Shown: positions 54,784 to 64,000, numbered from the stretch's first letter. The stretch is 64,000 nt of DNA from an uncultured delta proteobacterium (GCA_963815115.1 CAWFFN010000009.1:1152001-1216000); one strand, 5' to 3'. Numbers and translations: made by a program. The notes: generated by a model from the sequence alone, not told the origin.

Positions 54784-56954
54784 GCACGCGACGGCCGACG
54801 AGGCGCCGGGCTGCACGGATCGTCGCGCTCGGCGCGCTGCTTGCGCTGGCGATCGTCCCGGGGTGCCGCCGCCACGATCGCCCGAACGTCCTCCTCGTCA
54901 CGATCGACACGCTGCGCGCGGATCGGCTGGGGTGCTACGGCTTCGGCCTGGCGCACACCCCCGCGGTGGACGGTCTCGCGCGCGACGGCGTGCGCTGCGC
55001 CGACGTTGCGACCTCGGCGCCGATCACGCTGCCGGCGCACAGCTCGATCATGACCGGGCTCTATCCGCCGGCACACGGCGTCCGCGACAACGGCAACTAC
55101 GCCCTCGGGCCCGAGGCGGTGACGCTCGCGGAGCGCTTGCAGGCGGCGGGATACCGCACGGGCGCCTTCGTGTCGGCCGCGGTGCTCGCCCGGCGCTACG
55201 GCCTCGATCAGGGATTCGAGGTCTACGACGACGACTTCTGGTCGGAGGACGAGCCGCAGATGTTCATGATCCGGGAGCGGCCGGCGTCGCGCACCGCGGA
55301 CCGCGCCCTGGCCTGGCTCGACGAGCAGCACGACGACCGGAGGCCGTTCTTCCTGTGGGTGCACTTCTTCGACCCGCACCAGCCCTACAACCTGCGCTCG
55401 ATCGACCTGGCGGCGCTCGCGCCGACGCCGTACGACGCCGAGATCGCCGAGGCCGACCGCGGCGTCGGCCGGTTGCTCGACTGGCTGCGGCAGCACGGCA
55501 AGCTGGACGACACGCTCGTCGTCCTCACCGCCGACCACGGCGAGAGCCTGGGCGAGCACGGCGAGCCGACGCACGGGGTGTTCATCTACGACTCCACCGT
55601 CCGCGTGCCGCTCGTCTGGCGGCTCCCGCGCGTCTTCCCGTCGGGCCGCACCTACGATGGACCCGTGCGCCACATCGACCTGGTGCCGACGATCCTCGGG
55701 ATTCTCGGACTCCCGGGGGGCGAGACGACGCAGGGCGCGAATCTCCTCGCCGCGCTCCAGGGACGCACGCCCCCGCCCGACCTCCCCCAGTACGCGGAGG
55801 CCCATCTCGCCGAGGAGGGTTTCGGGATGGCGCCGCTGTCCGGCGTGCGCCACGATGGGGCCAAGTGGATCGAGGCGCCGCACCCGGAGCTCTACGACCT
55901 GCGCCGCGATCCCGCGGAGCTGCAGAACCTCTATCCCGCGGAGGCGGCGGCCGCGCGCCCGCTCCAGGGTGCGCTCGAAGCCGCCGTGGCCGACAGCAAG
56001 GGGCACGCGCTGAGCGCGCCGACGCGGGAGATCGACCGCGAGACCGAGGACATGCTGCGCGCGCTCGGCTACCTCGCGCCGCCCGAGCAGCGCGCCGAGA
56101 TGGGCGGGATGGACCCGAAGGACGGCATGGCGCTGTACGCGAAGCTGCAGGAGGCTCGCGACCGCGCGCAGCAAGGCGAATGGGACCGTGCCAGGGAGCT
56201 GCTCTCGCAGGTGCTCGACACGGCGCCGGAGAACGTCACCGCGCGCAACCTCCTGGCGCTGGCCGCGGTGCGGCGCGGCGACTACGACGAGGCCGAGCGG
56301 CAGTACCAGGCATCACTGGCGAAGCAGCCGCGCCAGCACCGCGTCTTCGGTGCGCTCGGCGCCCTCGCGCTCCGTCGTGGCGACCTCGACGCGGGCGAGC
56401 GGCGCTTCCACGAGGCCCTCGACCTCGCGCCGAGCTACGTCGAGGCGATGAGCAACCTCGGCTGGGTCGAGGCGGCTCGCGGCAACGAGGCCGGCGCGCA
56501 GGCCTGGTACGAGCGCGCCATCGCCGCCGACCCGACCTACCCGCACGTCTATCGGCGACTGGCCGACCTGTACTACGACCGCAAGGACTGGGCGCACGCG
56601 CTCGAGTACTACCGCCGTGTGCTGACGGCGCTGCCGCGGTTCTTCGAGGTGCTGATCCAGGCCGGCAACAGCGCGCGCTTCCAGGGCGACACCCGGACGG
56701 CGGACGCGTACTACCGCGAGGCCGCCGCCGTGCGCGAGGATTCGTGGATTCCGCCCTACAACCTCGCCTGCCTGCGGGCGCTCACCGGCGATCCGCAGGC
56801 GGCGCTGATCCTGCTCGGTCAGGCGATCGACCTCGGGTTCGGGGGTACGACGCTGCTCGAGACCAACGACGACTTCGACACCGTTCGCCCGCTTCCCGGA
56901 TGGCCCGAGTTGACCGCGAGAGCGAGCCAGGTCGCGCGCGCGAACCGGCGGTGA
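54780..56954 (+). CDS. sulfatase-like (alkaline phosphatase superfamily) lipoprotein with C-terminal TPRs; start codon unclear
   Basis: PNVLLVTIDTLRAD, TLPAHSSIMTG, FDPH.PY, ADHGE, then TPR repeats and YNLAC; 3' part of ORF 53325..56954. Confidence 0.85.
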   Translation: MSTRRPTRRRAARIVALGALLALAIVPGCRRHDRPNVLLVTIDTLRADRLGCYGFGLAHTPAVDGLARDGVRCADVATSAPITLPAHSSIMTGLYPPAHGVRDNGNYALGPEAVTLAERLQAAGYRTGAFVSAAVLARRYGLDQGFEVYDDDFWSEDEPQMFMIRERPASRTADRALAWLDEQHDDRRPFFLWVHFFDPHQPYNLRSIDLAALAPTPYDAEIAEADRGVGRLLDWLRQHGKLDDTLVVLTADHGESLGEHGEPTHGVFIYDSTVRVPLVWRLPRVFPSGRTYDGPVRHIDLVPTILGILGLPGGETTQGANLLAALQGRTPPPDLPQYAEAHLAEEGFGMAPLSGVRHDGAKWIEAPHPELYDLRRDPAELQNLYPAEAAAARPLQGALEAAVADSKGHALSAPTREIDRETEDMLRALGYLAPPEQRAEMGGMDPKDGMALYAKLQEARDRAQQGEWDRARELLSQVLDTAPENVTARNLLALAAVRRGDYDEAERQYQASLAKQPRQHRVFGALGALALRRGDLDAGERRFHEALDLAPSYVEAMSNLGWVEAARGNEAGAQAWYERAIAADPTYPHVYRRLADLYYDRKDWAHALEYYRRVLTALPRFFEVLIQAGNSARFQGDTRTADAYYREAAAVREDSWIPPYNLACLRALTGDPQAALILLGQAIDLGFGGTTLLETNDDFDTVRPLPGWPELTARASQVARANRR

Positions 56955-56996
56955 CGCGGGCTCTGCGGCGCTCTTCGCTCGAGGAACGGGGCACGC

Positions 56997-58022
56997 CTAC
57001 TGATCGAACGCGAAGATGCGCTTCCAGTCGTTCTTCATGCTGATGACGGTCCAGCCCTTCTTCTTCGCTTCGTCGTAGAGCGCCTGCGTGAAGGTGCCGA
57101 CCTTCGTGTCGGGCAGCCCCTGGGCGGGCCCGTAGGCATACTCGCGCTGCCCGTCGTCGTGCAGCACCAGCATCTCGAGCCGCGCGCCGTCGCCGGCGCC
57201 GGTGTACTCCAGCATCTCCCGGTCGCCCGTCGAGTTGCCGAATGCGGCGTGGGGCCGGCGGCCGATCATCAGGTGGATGCCCTCGGGCTTGCCGGCGTTA
57301 TTGTCGTTCAGGAGCAGCCTGGGCTCCTTGGTGAGGAACGGCTTGCCATCCTTGTCGTAGCCGTACTTGGTGCCGCCGGCGGTGCCGACGACCTGCTCGG
57401 GCGGGATGCCGTACACCCGCTCGGCGTACACGCGCACGAAGTCCTGGCCGCCCCCGGTGACGATGTACGTCTTGTAGCCGTTGGCACGCATGTACTTCAG
57501 GACTTCCTGCATCGGCAGGTAGGTGAGCTCGGTGAACGGTCGCTTCCAGCGCGGGTCCCTGGCCGCGTCGAGCCACTTCTTCGCCTCGGCGCGGAACTCC
57601 TCCACCGACATGCCGGTGAGCGTCGCGGCGAGGATCTTCTCGAGATCCTTCATCGTGAACTTCGCCATCGCCTCGCGGTTGCCGGACAGCACGGTCTTGA
57701 ACGGCTCGACCTTCGCGAGCTCCGGCTTCGCCTTGACGACTGCCGGCACCCGCTCCAGGCAGTACACCACCTGCGTGTACATCGGGTGCGACACCCACAG
57801 CGTGCCGTCCTGATCGAAGGTGGCGATGCGCTCCTCCGGCGGTACGAACTTTGGGCTGCCCGGCGCCGTGGTCACCTGCACGAACTCGAGGATCGCCTTC
57901 TTGACCGCGCCGTCGTTCCAGGAAGGCAGGGGATCGGACTGCGCGAAAGCGTGCGGGCTCGCCAGCGAGGCGACGAGTCCCAACACGGTTCCGAATCGGC
58001 GCAGAGTTCCCTCGAGTCCCAT
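56997..58022 (-). CDS. secreted HAD family hydrolase (nonspecific acid phosphatase type)
   Basis: LPSWNDG, ATFDQDGTLW, IVTGGG, GNSTGD, SMKNDW. Confidence 0.9.
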   Translation of the reverse strand: MGLEGTLRRFGTVLGLVASLASPHAFAQSDPLPSWNDGAVKKAILEFVQVTTAPGSPKFVPPEERIATFDQDGTLWVSHPMYTQVVYCLERVPAVVKAKPELAKVEPFKTVLSGNREAMAKFTMKDLEKILAATLTGMSVEEFRAEAKKWLDAARDPRWKRPFTELTYLPMQEVLKYMRANGYKTYIVTGGGQDFVRVYAERVYGIPPEQVVGTAGGTKYGYDKDGKPFLTKEPRLLLNDNNAGKPEGIHLMIGRRPHAAFGNSTGDREMLEYTGAGDGARLEMLVLHDDGQREYAYGPAQGLPDTKVGTFTQALYDEAKKKGWTVISMKNDWKRIFAFDQ

Positions 58023-58052
58023 GTCGAATCCCTCCTTGCTCTCGCCCTCCGA

Positions 58053-59675
58053 TCAGTTTTGCGGCGACGCGAGACTTTCCAGCTCGTGCAGGCGTTTCAT
58101 GGCGTCCATCGCCTTCAGCGAGTCGTAGTTGATGCCCGCGGCGTTCAGGCTGGTGCCCTGCTGGAACGGATACTGCGGCAGGGTCATCAGGAACTCCTTG
58201 AGCTTCTGCTGCACCGGCACGAACAGCCAGATGTTGTCCGCATACCAGCGCAGGTACAGGCCGGACTCGTGCGGCGCCTTCTCGAACGGGTCGGCCCGCA
58301 GGTTGACGATCACGGGCCAGCCGGGCACGTCCCTGACCGCGGTGGCGATGTTCCCGTTGGTCACCGCGAAGTGGACCTTCCAGTCGTTCCAGCGGACGGC
58401 GTTCAGCTCGCCGCCCTGGCCGAAGTAGTAGATCTCCTCCCGCGGACCCTTCGGGGCCTCACCCTTGAAGAACGGCAGGAAGTTGTAGCCATCGGGATGC
58501 ACCTTGAACTTCTTGCCGTTGGCCGCGTACCCCTGCTCCAGCTTCCCGACGATGTCCGGCTCGCCCGCCGCCGCGAGCAACGTCGGCATCCAGTCCTCCT
58601 GCGACATGATGTCGTTGATCAGCGTTCCCGGCTTGATCACCCCCGGCCAGCGCACCAAACAGGGCACGCGGAAGCCGCCCTCCCAGGTGGTGCCCTTCTC
58701 TCCGTGGTACGGCGTCGTGCCACCGTCCGGCCAGGTCCCGGTCTCGGCGCCGTTGTCGGTGCCGTAGATGACGATGGTGTCGCCGGCGATGCCGAGGTCG
58801 TCCAGGTGCTTCAGCATCTCGCCGACCATCTTGTCGTGCTCCACCATGCCGTCGGGGTAGAGACCGATGCCGGTCACGCCCTCCGCCTGTTCGCTCAGGT
58901 GCGTCCACACGTGCATGCGCGTGGTGTTGAACCACACGAAGAACGGCTTGTCCTGCTGGTGCGCAGTGTCGATGAACTTCGTCGCCGCGGAGAAGAACTC
59001 CCGGTCCGCGGTCGGCATCCGCGCCCGGGTCATCGCGCCGGTGTCTTCGATCTTCTGCCCGCCTTTGCCGTCGCTCCAGGTGTGGAGCACGCCGCGCGGA
59101 CCGAACTTCTTCCTGAATTCAGGATCCTTCGGGTAGTAGTAGGTTTCGGGCTCTTCCTCGGCGTTCAGGTGGTAGAGGTTGCCGAGGAACTCGTCGAACC
59201 CGTGCATGGTCGGCAGGTGCTGGTCGCGATCGCCCAGGTGGTTCTTGCCGAACTGGCCGGTCGTGTATCCCTGGGCCTTCAGCAGATCGGCGATCGTCGG
59301 CGACCAGTCGGGGATCCCCTGCGGCGAGCCCGGCATCCCGATGGTCAGCATTCCGGTGCGGAACGGATGCTGGCCGAGAATGAACGCGGCGCGGCCGGCG
59401 GTGCAGCTCTGCTGGCCGTAGAAGTCGGTGAACAGCGCGCCTTCCTTGGCGATGCGATCGATGTTGGGCGTTCGGTAGCCCATGCCCCCGAGGTTGTAGG
59501 CGCTGACGTTGAAGATGCCGATGTCGTCGCCCCAGATGACCAGGATGTTCGGCTTCTTGCCGGCCTGTTGCGCCCGCGCGGGCTCGGCCCGCAGCAGCAT
59601 CCCGACCGCCAGGAGCAAACCCATCGCAACCAATCCGGCCGCGCCTCGGAGTTTCGTTGCTTGCCGTTGTCTCAT
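58053..59675 (-). CDS. arylsulfatase
   Basis: KPNILVIWGDDIG, SCTAGR, GKNHLGD, EGGFRVP. Confidence 0.9.
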   Translation of the reverse strand: MRQRQATKLRGAAGLVAMGLLLAVGMLLRAEPARAQQAGKKPNILVIWGDDIGIFNVSAYNLGGMGYRTPNIDRIAKEGALFTDFYGQQSCTAGRAAFILGQHPFRTGMLTIGMPGSPQGIPDWSPTIADLLKAQGYTTGQFGKNHLGDRDQHLPTMHGFDEFLGNLYHLNAEEEPETYYYPKDPEFRKKFGPRGVLHTWSDGKGGQKIEDTGAMTRARMPTADREFFSAATKFIDTAHQQDKPFFVWFNTTRMHVWTHLSEQAEGVTGIGLYPDGMVEHDKMVGEMLKHLDDLGIAGDTIVIYGTDNGAETGTWPDGGTTPYHGEKGTTWEGGFRVPCLVRWPGVIKPGTLINDIMSQEDWMPTLLAAAGEPDIVGKLEQGYAANGKKFKVHPDGYNFLPFFKGEAPKGPREEIYYFGQGGELNAVRWNDWKVHFAVTNGNIATAVRDVPGWPVIVNLRADPFEKAPHESGLYLRWYADNIWLFVPVQQKLKEFLMTLPQYPFQQGTSLNAAGINYDSLKAMDAMKRLHELESLASPQN

Positions 59676-59791
59676 CTTCCGTTCCTCGTTCGCGGCATGA
59701 GCCTCACGGTGCTTCGCCCGACTCCGACTTCGGGAAGAGGAGGTGCCTCCACGTCCCGCGGTCCCGTGACCATGACGCTCGCCTCGCGCCA

Positions 59792-61489
59792 CTAGTCGCT
59801 CGCGTGACTCGCGTTGGCCTTCTTGACCTGCTCCAGGATCTGACTGAGGTTGTACGACTCGGGCGCCTGGAGCGGGGGGAACTTCTCGTACGACGACAGC
59901 TCCTCCATCCACAGCTGCTGCCCGATGGGCAGCATGTTCCAGTCGTACTGGAACGCGGTCATCGGAGCGCCGAGCGCACCCCCCAGGCTCATGGCCGACT
60001 TCTGATCGATGCCGACCGACTGCTCGAAAGGATCGCGCTTGACGTTCTGGACCAGCGTGAAGTGGAACGGGACGAGCGGCATGATCCAGCCGGCCGGCCC
60101 GGGCTGCGACATGTTGTAGTACATCTTCCAGTTCTTGTAGCGGACCGCGGACGGCGTGGCCCCGGAGAAGTAGAAGAAGTAGTCGCGCGCCGACTGGTCG
60201 TTCTTGCCCTCCAGGTAGTCGCGCTGATCGACCCCGTCGAGCGTCGTCTTGACGATTCCAGAGTACTTCCCCGCCTCGATCTGCTGCTTCAGCCCGTCGC
60301 CCCTGGGGCCGCCGGCGATGTCGACCAACGTGGGGAGCCAATCGAGGGCGGCAAACAGCTGGTTCTTCACCGTGCCCGGCTTGATGTGGCCCGGCCAGCG
60401 GACGACACACGGGGCGCGGTAGCCGCCCTCCCACGCCTCGCCCTTCTGGCCCTTGAAGGGCGTGACCCCGCCGTCGGGGAAGGAGATCGCCTCGGCGCCG
60501 TTGTCGGTGGTGAACACCACGATGGTGTTGTCGAGCTGGCCCATGTCCTCCAGCTTCTTCAAGACGACGCCGATGTTGTCGTCCATCTGCTTCATGCCGG
60601 CTTCGTTGACGCCCCAGTCCTTGCCGCCCTGCACGCCCAGCATGGCCTCGTACTTCGGCGACAGCACGGTCACGACGTGCATGCGCGCCGGGTTGTACCA
60701 GACGAAGAAGGGCTTGTTGGTCTTCTTCGGGTCGTTGCGGTCGAGGAAGTCGACGACCTTCGCCGAGATCTCCTCGTCCACCGTCTTCGACCGCTCGAGC
60801 GTCAACGGGCCTTCGTCCTTGCACGTCTGGTTCTTCTCGGTGCCGTCGGAGGAGTTGCACCAGATGACCGGGCGCGGGGGCATCAGGCAGAGCGTCGTCT
60901 TCTGGTCCACGGCACCCGGCACCTCGGGCAGCCCGGGGACCGGCGTGTTCTTGCACGGTGGCGCGACGCCTTGCTCGGTCGGGCTCTTGTTGATGTCGGG
61001 GAAGCTCACCTGCTGCATGGCGTCCAGGTGGTACAGGTAGCCCCAGTACTCCTGGAAGCCGTGCGCCGTCGGCAGGGACGCGGTGTGGTCGCCCAGGTGG
61101 TTCTTGCCGAACTCGCCGGTGTTGTAGCCGAGATCGAGCAGGAACTTGGCGACCGCCGGAGTGCCGGGGCGCAGGTAGGACGGGCTTCCCGGCAGCTGCG
61201 GCGGGATCATGCCCGTGCGCAGCGGATACATCCCCGTGAAGAAGGCATTGCGCCCGGAGGTGCAGCTCTGCATGGCGACGTAGTCCATGAAGATCGCGCC
61301 CTCGTTCCCGATGCGGTCGATGTTGGGGGTTTCCCCGACCATCAGGCCGCGGTGGTAGATGCTCGGCTGCATCCAGCCGATGTCGTCGCCCATGATGAAG
61401 AGGATGTTGGGCTTGTCGTCGGCGGCCGCGGCGCGGGTCAGGCTGCACACCCCGGCGGCGAGTACCAGGAATGCAAGCAACGTTCTCAT
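59792..61489 (-). CDS. arylsulfatase
   Basis: KPNILFIMGDDIG, SCTSGR, GKNHLGD, EGGYR.P. Confidence 0.9.
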   Translation of the reverse strand: MRTLLAFLVLAAGVCSLTRAAAADDKPNILFIMGDDIGWMQPSIYHRGLMVGETPNIDRIGNEGAIFMDYVAMQSCTSGRNAFFTGMYPLRTGMIPPQLPGSPSYLRPGTPAVAKFLLDLGYNTGEFGKNHLGDHTASLPTAHGFQEYWGYLYHLDAMQQVSFPDINKSPTEQGVAPPCKNTPVPGLPEVPGAVDQKTTLCLMPPRPVIWCNSSDGTEKNQTCKDEGPLTLERSKTVDEEISAKVVDFLDRNDPKKTNKPFFVWYNPARMHVVTVLSPKYEAMLGVQGGKDWGVNEAGMKQMDDNIGVVLKKLEDMGQLDNTIVVFTTDNGAEAISFPDGGVTPFKGQKGEAWEGGYRAPCVVRWPGHIKPGTVKNQLFAALDWLPTLVDIAGGPRGDGLKQQIEAGKYSGIVKTTLDGVDQRDYLEGKNDQSARDYFFYFSGATPSAVRYKNWKMYYNMSQPGPAGWIMPLVPFHFTLVQNVKRDPFEQSVGIDQKSAMSLGGALGAPMTAFQYDWNMLPIGQQLWMEELSSYEKFPPLQAPESYNLSQILEQVKKANASHASD

Positions 61490-61521
61490 CGGAGTCTCCC
61501 TCCTGCGCTCCTCGCAGCGCC

Positions 61522-61953
61522 TCATGGCTTGATCTTCATGTTCACGCCGTTGGCGCCCAGGGTGAACTTCAGGCCCTGCGTGGTGGTCACGAGCTCCACC
61601 CGGACGCCGTTCTGGTTCTGCATCGCACTCACGCCGCCGCCGCCTGCGACCGTCGCTCCGGCGGCAACGCCGGTGTAGTTGCCGTTGAAGTCCTCGAGCT
61701 TCTTCAAGCCGTAGACTTTGCCGGACGCGCTGATCTTGCTGATGCCGGCGTCACCGACCGAGAGTCCGTCGACGGAGATGGGATAGGTCTTGCCCTTGTA
61801 GCTGAGCGTGCCGCTGCCCCAGCTGATCCCGATGCCGGCCGCCACCGAATCGGCATGCAAGCTGATCGTTGCATCCGGCGTCGATGCGGCCCGGGCCAGA
61901 TCGAGCGTCAGGGCCAGCAGGCCGACCATCATCAGTGTCACGAGACGTTTCAT
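61522..61953 (-). CDS. DUF1134/EipA-like secreted protein
   Basis: Signal peptide; GIGISWGSGTL.YKG, GLSVG, VY.LK.LEDF.GNY, MQNQNGV. Confidence 0.7.
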   Translation of the reverse strand: MKRLVTLMMVGLLALTLDLARAASTPDATISLHADSVAAGIGISWGSGTLSYKGKTYPISVDGLSVGDAGISKISASGKVYGLKKLEDFNGNYTGVAAGATVAGGGGVSAMQNQNGVRVELVTTTQGLKFTLGANGVNMKIKP

Positions 61954-62081
61954 GCCAATCCTCATTTGTTTTCCGAGGCCCATCATGTTGCAGCGAGATC
62001 CGACCGGCCGCAGCCGTATCGGAACGATGACCAGGTTGTTCTCGGAATGGCGGCGCGCGGCCCCCGGCACCGAGGGGGTTC

Positions 62082-62512
62082 TCATGCGGGAATGCGCCGC
62101 CCCGGCCCCCGGTCGCGCGAAGCCGCCGGAACTCGCGCGGCGCGAGGCCCGTCCAGCGTGCGAAGGCGCGCGCGAAATGGGCCGGATCGGAATACCCGAG
62201 GTCGAACGCGACCTCGATGACCTTGCAGGCTGGCTTCTCGAGCATCCGCTGCGCAACCTCGAAGCGGGCCCGCGCGACGACGCGCGCGTAGGTCACGCCC
62301 TCGTCGGACAGCCGACGCTGGAGCGTCCGGGCACTGAGCCGCATCATCTTGGCGACGGAACGGACGTCCGGGTAGCCGCCCGGGAGCAATCTGGTGACGA
62401 GCTGCTGCACGACGCCGCCGAGCCCGGGTGTTTCGCCCGCTCCCCCCGCCCGCGGTGACCGCCGGGCCTGCGGCAGCAGGTGACCGGGCATCGCTTCCGG
62501 ATCGCAGCCCAT
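62082..62512 (-). CDS. short (HTH-only) AraC family regulator, paralog of 27764..28165; stop uncertain
   Basis: SARTLQRRL..EG.TY, EVAFDLGYSDPAHFARAFARWTGLAPREFR; ORF runs on to 61751, overlapping the next gene, possibly from an indel. Confidence 0.75.
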
Positions 62513-62518
62513 CGCCCG

Positions 62519-62785
62519 CTACTCGCTCTTGCCCGTGACGCCTTTGCCGCCCGGCCGCAGCTGCTCGACCCACGCGAGCCCGCGTGTTTCGGCGACGAGG
62601 TTGAACCGCAGCTCCGGGGGTGCCGCCAGGTCGATGACCAGCGACTCCAAGCGCAAGTTCACCTCGTCTCGAGGGCCCCCGCCCGCAGTGTCCGACGAAT
62701 CCGTCATCTCGGGCCAGGACCCCCCTGCGCCGCCCACCAGCTCGACGCCGAAGGAGTCCTTGGCCCATCGTACGATCTTAAGCAA
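62519..62785 (-). CDS. small hypothetical protein
   Basis: 88-aa ORF directly upstream of and co-directional with the AraC gene; no recognised motif. Confidence 0.35.
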   Translation of the reverse strand: MLKIVRWAKDSFGVELVGGAGGSWPEMTDSSDTAGGGPRDEVNLRLESLVIDLAAPPELRFNLVAETRGLAWVEQLRPGGKGVTGKSE

Positions 62786-62850
62786 GCACCTTCGCCGCTA
62801 CGGACGCGACGGCTCGGCGTGTTTGCGAGATCGACGCGGGCGGGCACGCG

Positions 62851-62870
62851 TGTCGCGACATGGCAAGACG
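62851..62870 (+). promoter_or_regulatory. 20-bp motif site 5 (TGTCG-CGAC-ATGGCAAGACG)
   Basis: Intergenic, upstream of the DUF3300 gene and divergent from the second AraC locus; TGCTAT 10 nt downstream. Confidence 0.7.
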
Positions 62871-62900
62871 CGCGGAAAGCTGCTATCGGGAGCGCGGGTG

Positions 62901-64000
62901 GTGAGTCGGCCCCGACACGCGCTCTCGCTAGGCCTCATCGTACTGATGACGTGCGGACGCGCGCCGTCGCAGGCCTATTCGCAGCAGTCGTCCGCGCCTC
63001 CGCCCTCGGCGCAGCTCGACAAGCTGGTGGCGCCGATCGCCCTCTACCCCGATCCGCTCGTCGCCCAGATCCTGCCGGCGTCGACCTATCCGGTACAGGT
63101 GATCGAGGCCGACCGCGCCCTGGCGAGCGGCCAGCGGCCCGACAAAGCCACGGCCGCGCAGTGGGATCCGAGCATCCAGGCGCTCCTGTCGTACCCGACC
63201 GTGCTCAAGATGATGAACGACAAGATCAGCTGGACGACCCAGCTCGGCCAGGCCGTGGCCGCGAACCAGGGCGAGGTGATGGCCGCGATCCAGCACGTGC
63301 GCCGCGAGGCGCAGGCGGCCGGCAACCTGGCGTCGAACGACAAGCAGGTGGTGAACGTCCAGGGTAGCGGCGACGCGAGCACGATCGTCATCGAGCCCGC
63401 CAACCCCCAGGTGATCTACGTGCCCCAGTACAATCCGGTGGCGATCCTCGCCCCGCCGCCGCCGTACTACTACGGCGCGCCGGCATACGGGCTCCTGACC
63501 TTCGGCGCCGGCTTCGCCGCCGGGGCCGCGACCGCATACGCGTGCAACTGGGGATACTACGGCGGCTACGGCTCGGTCTCGGTCAACAACTACTACCACT
63601 ACAACCAGAACAACGTGTACCACTACAACTCCTCGACGGGCGCGCACGGCGTGTACAATTCCGCGACCGGCAACTCCGCCAGGTACGATCCGAAGACGGG
63701 GACCTACAGCGGCTACGATGCCAAGACCGGGACGTACGGCGCGTACAACCCGGCGACCGGGAAGTACGGCACGTACGACCCGTCGACCGGCAAGTACGAC
63801 AAGAACGGGACAACGGGCACGTACAAGGCCGGCTCGAACTACTCGACGTGGCATCCGCCCGCTTCATCGGAGGTCGGCCGTTCGGCCGACGACTACCGCG
63901 CGGGTCAGTACGGTGCGGGCGGCAGTCGTTACTCCGGTGGCGACCCCGCGAGCGGGAATCAGTTCGGCAGCGCCTCCGCCGGTGGCTCCCAGTACCGCGG
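62901..64000 (+). CDS. DUF3300 domain protein (runs off window end)
   Basis: Not in ORF track: QLDKLVAPIALYPDPLVAQILPASTYP, WDPSIQAL, WT.QLGQA, IEPANPQVIYVPQYNP. Confidence 0.9.
   Translation, partial: MSRPRHALSLGLIVLMTCGRAPSQAYSQQSSAPPPSAQLDKLVAPIALYPDPLVAQILPASTYPVQVIEADRALASGQRPDKATAAQWDPSIQALLSYPTVLKMMNDKISWTTQLGQAVAANQGEVMAAIQHVRREAQAAGNLASNDKQVVNVQGSGDASTIVIEPANPQVIYVPQYNPVAILAPPPPYYYGAPAYGLLTFGAGFAAGAATAYACNWGYYGGYGSVSVNNYYHYNQNNVYHYNSSTGAHGVYNSATGNSARYDPKTGTYSGYDAKTGTYGAYNPATGKYGTYDPSTGKYDKNGTTGTYKAGSNYSTWHPPASSEVGRSADDYRAGQYGAGGSRYSGGDPASGNQFGSASAGGSQYR
63624..63803 (+). repeat. six in-frame 30-nt repeats encoding Y[ND]xxTGxxxx
   Basis: YNSSTGAHGV/YNSATGNSAR/YDPKTGTYSG/YDAKTGTYGA/YNPATGKYGT/YDPSTGKYDK. 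Confidence 0.8.

Noticed and set aside
53325-56954. 1209-aa ORF as a single protein, and likewise 58053..61448 (1131 aa) and 38900..41029
   Set aside because: 5' parts are off-frame overlaps of separate genes; real coding begins at about 54780, 59675 and 39812.

Overview
High-GC bacterial genomic window with about 60 genes; gene content and style suggest a soil Deltaproteobacteria/Binatota-like organism (inference only). No rRNA, tRNA or CRISPR array was seen. Left part (1-27.7 kb): 2-oxoacid:ferredoxin oxidoreductase operon, Phd/VapC toxin-antitoxin pair, radical SAM protein, two acyl-CoA dehydrogenases (one AidB), a 2TM-sensor kinase/sigma-54 regulator/PspA module, an ExeA-type ATPase/beta-barrel/Cys-rich surface locus, epoxide hydrolase, GGT, an F420-type LLM oxidoreductase and an SGNH-sxtK/J/I-like carbamoyltransferase cluster. 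Right part (27.7-64 kb): envelope and secreted proteins, hpnR, pqiAABC, two K+ channels, a chromate-transporter pair and several sulfatases/phosphatases, interrupted by a lower-GC island (integrase remnant, YbjN-like gene, TIR-STAND-TPR gene). Main hunt results: (1) a 20-bp asymmetric motif, YG[G/T]CR-N4-ATGGCAAGACR, found 5 times, always intergenic, beside two short AraC-type genes and heading the envelope/sulfatase operons, a candidate undescribed regulon; (2) a 304-bp CTAG-flanked, four-hairpin non-coding element in two full and one half copies; (3) a candidate YbjN + TIR-NLR defence module; (4) two paralogous secreted proteins with 28 and 27 Cys and a two-repeat architecture. Several genes carry single-base frameshifts that look like assembly errors.
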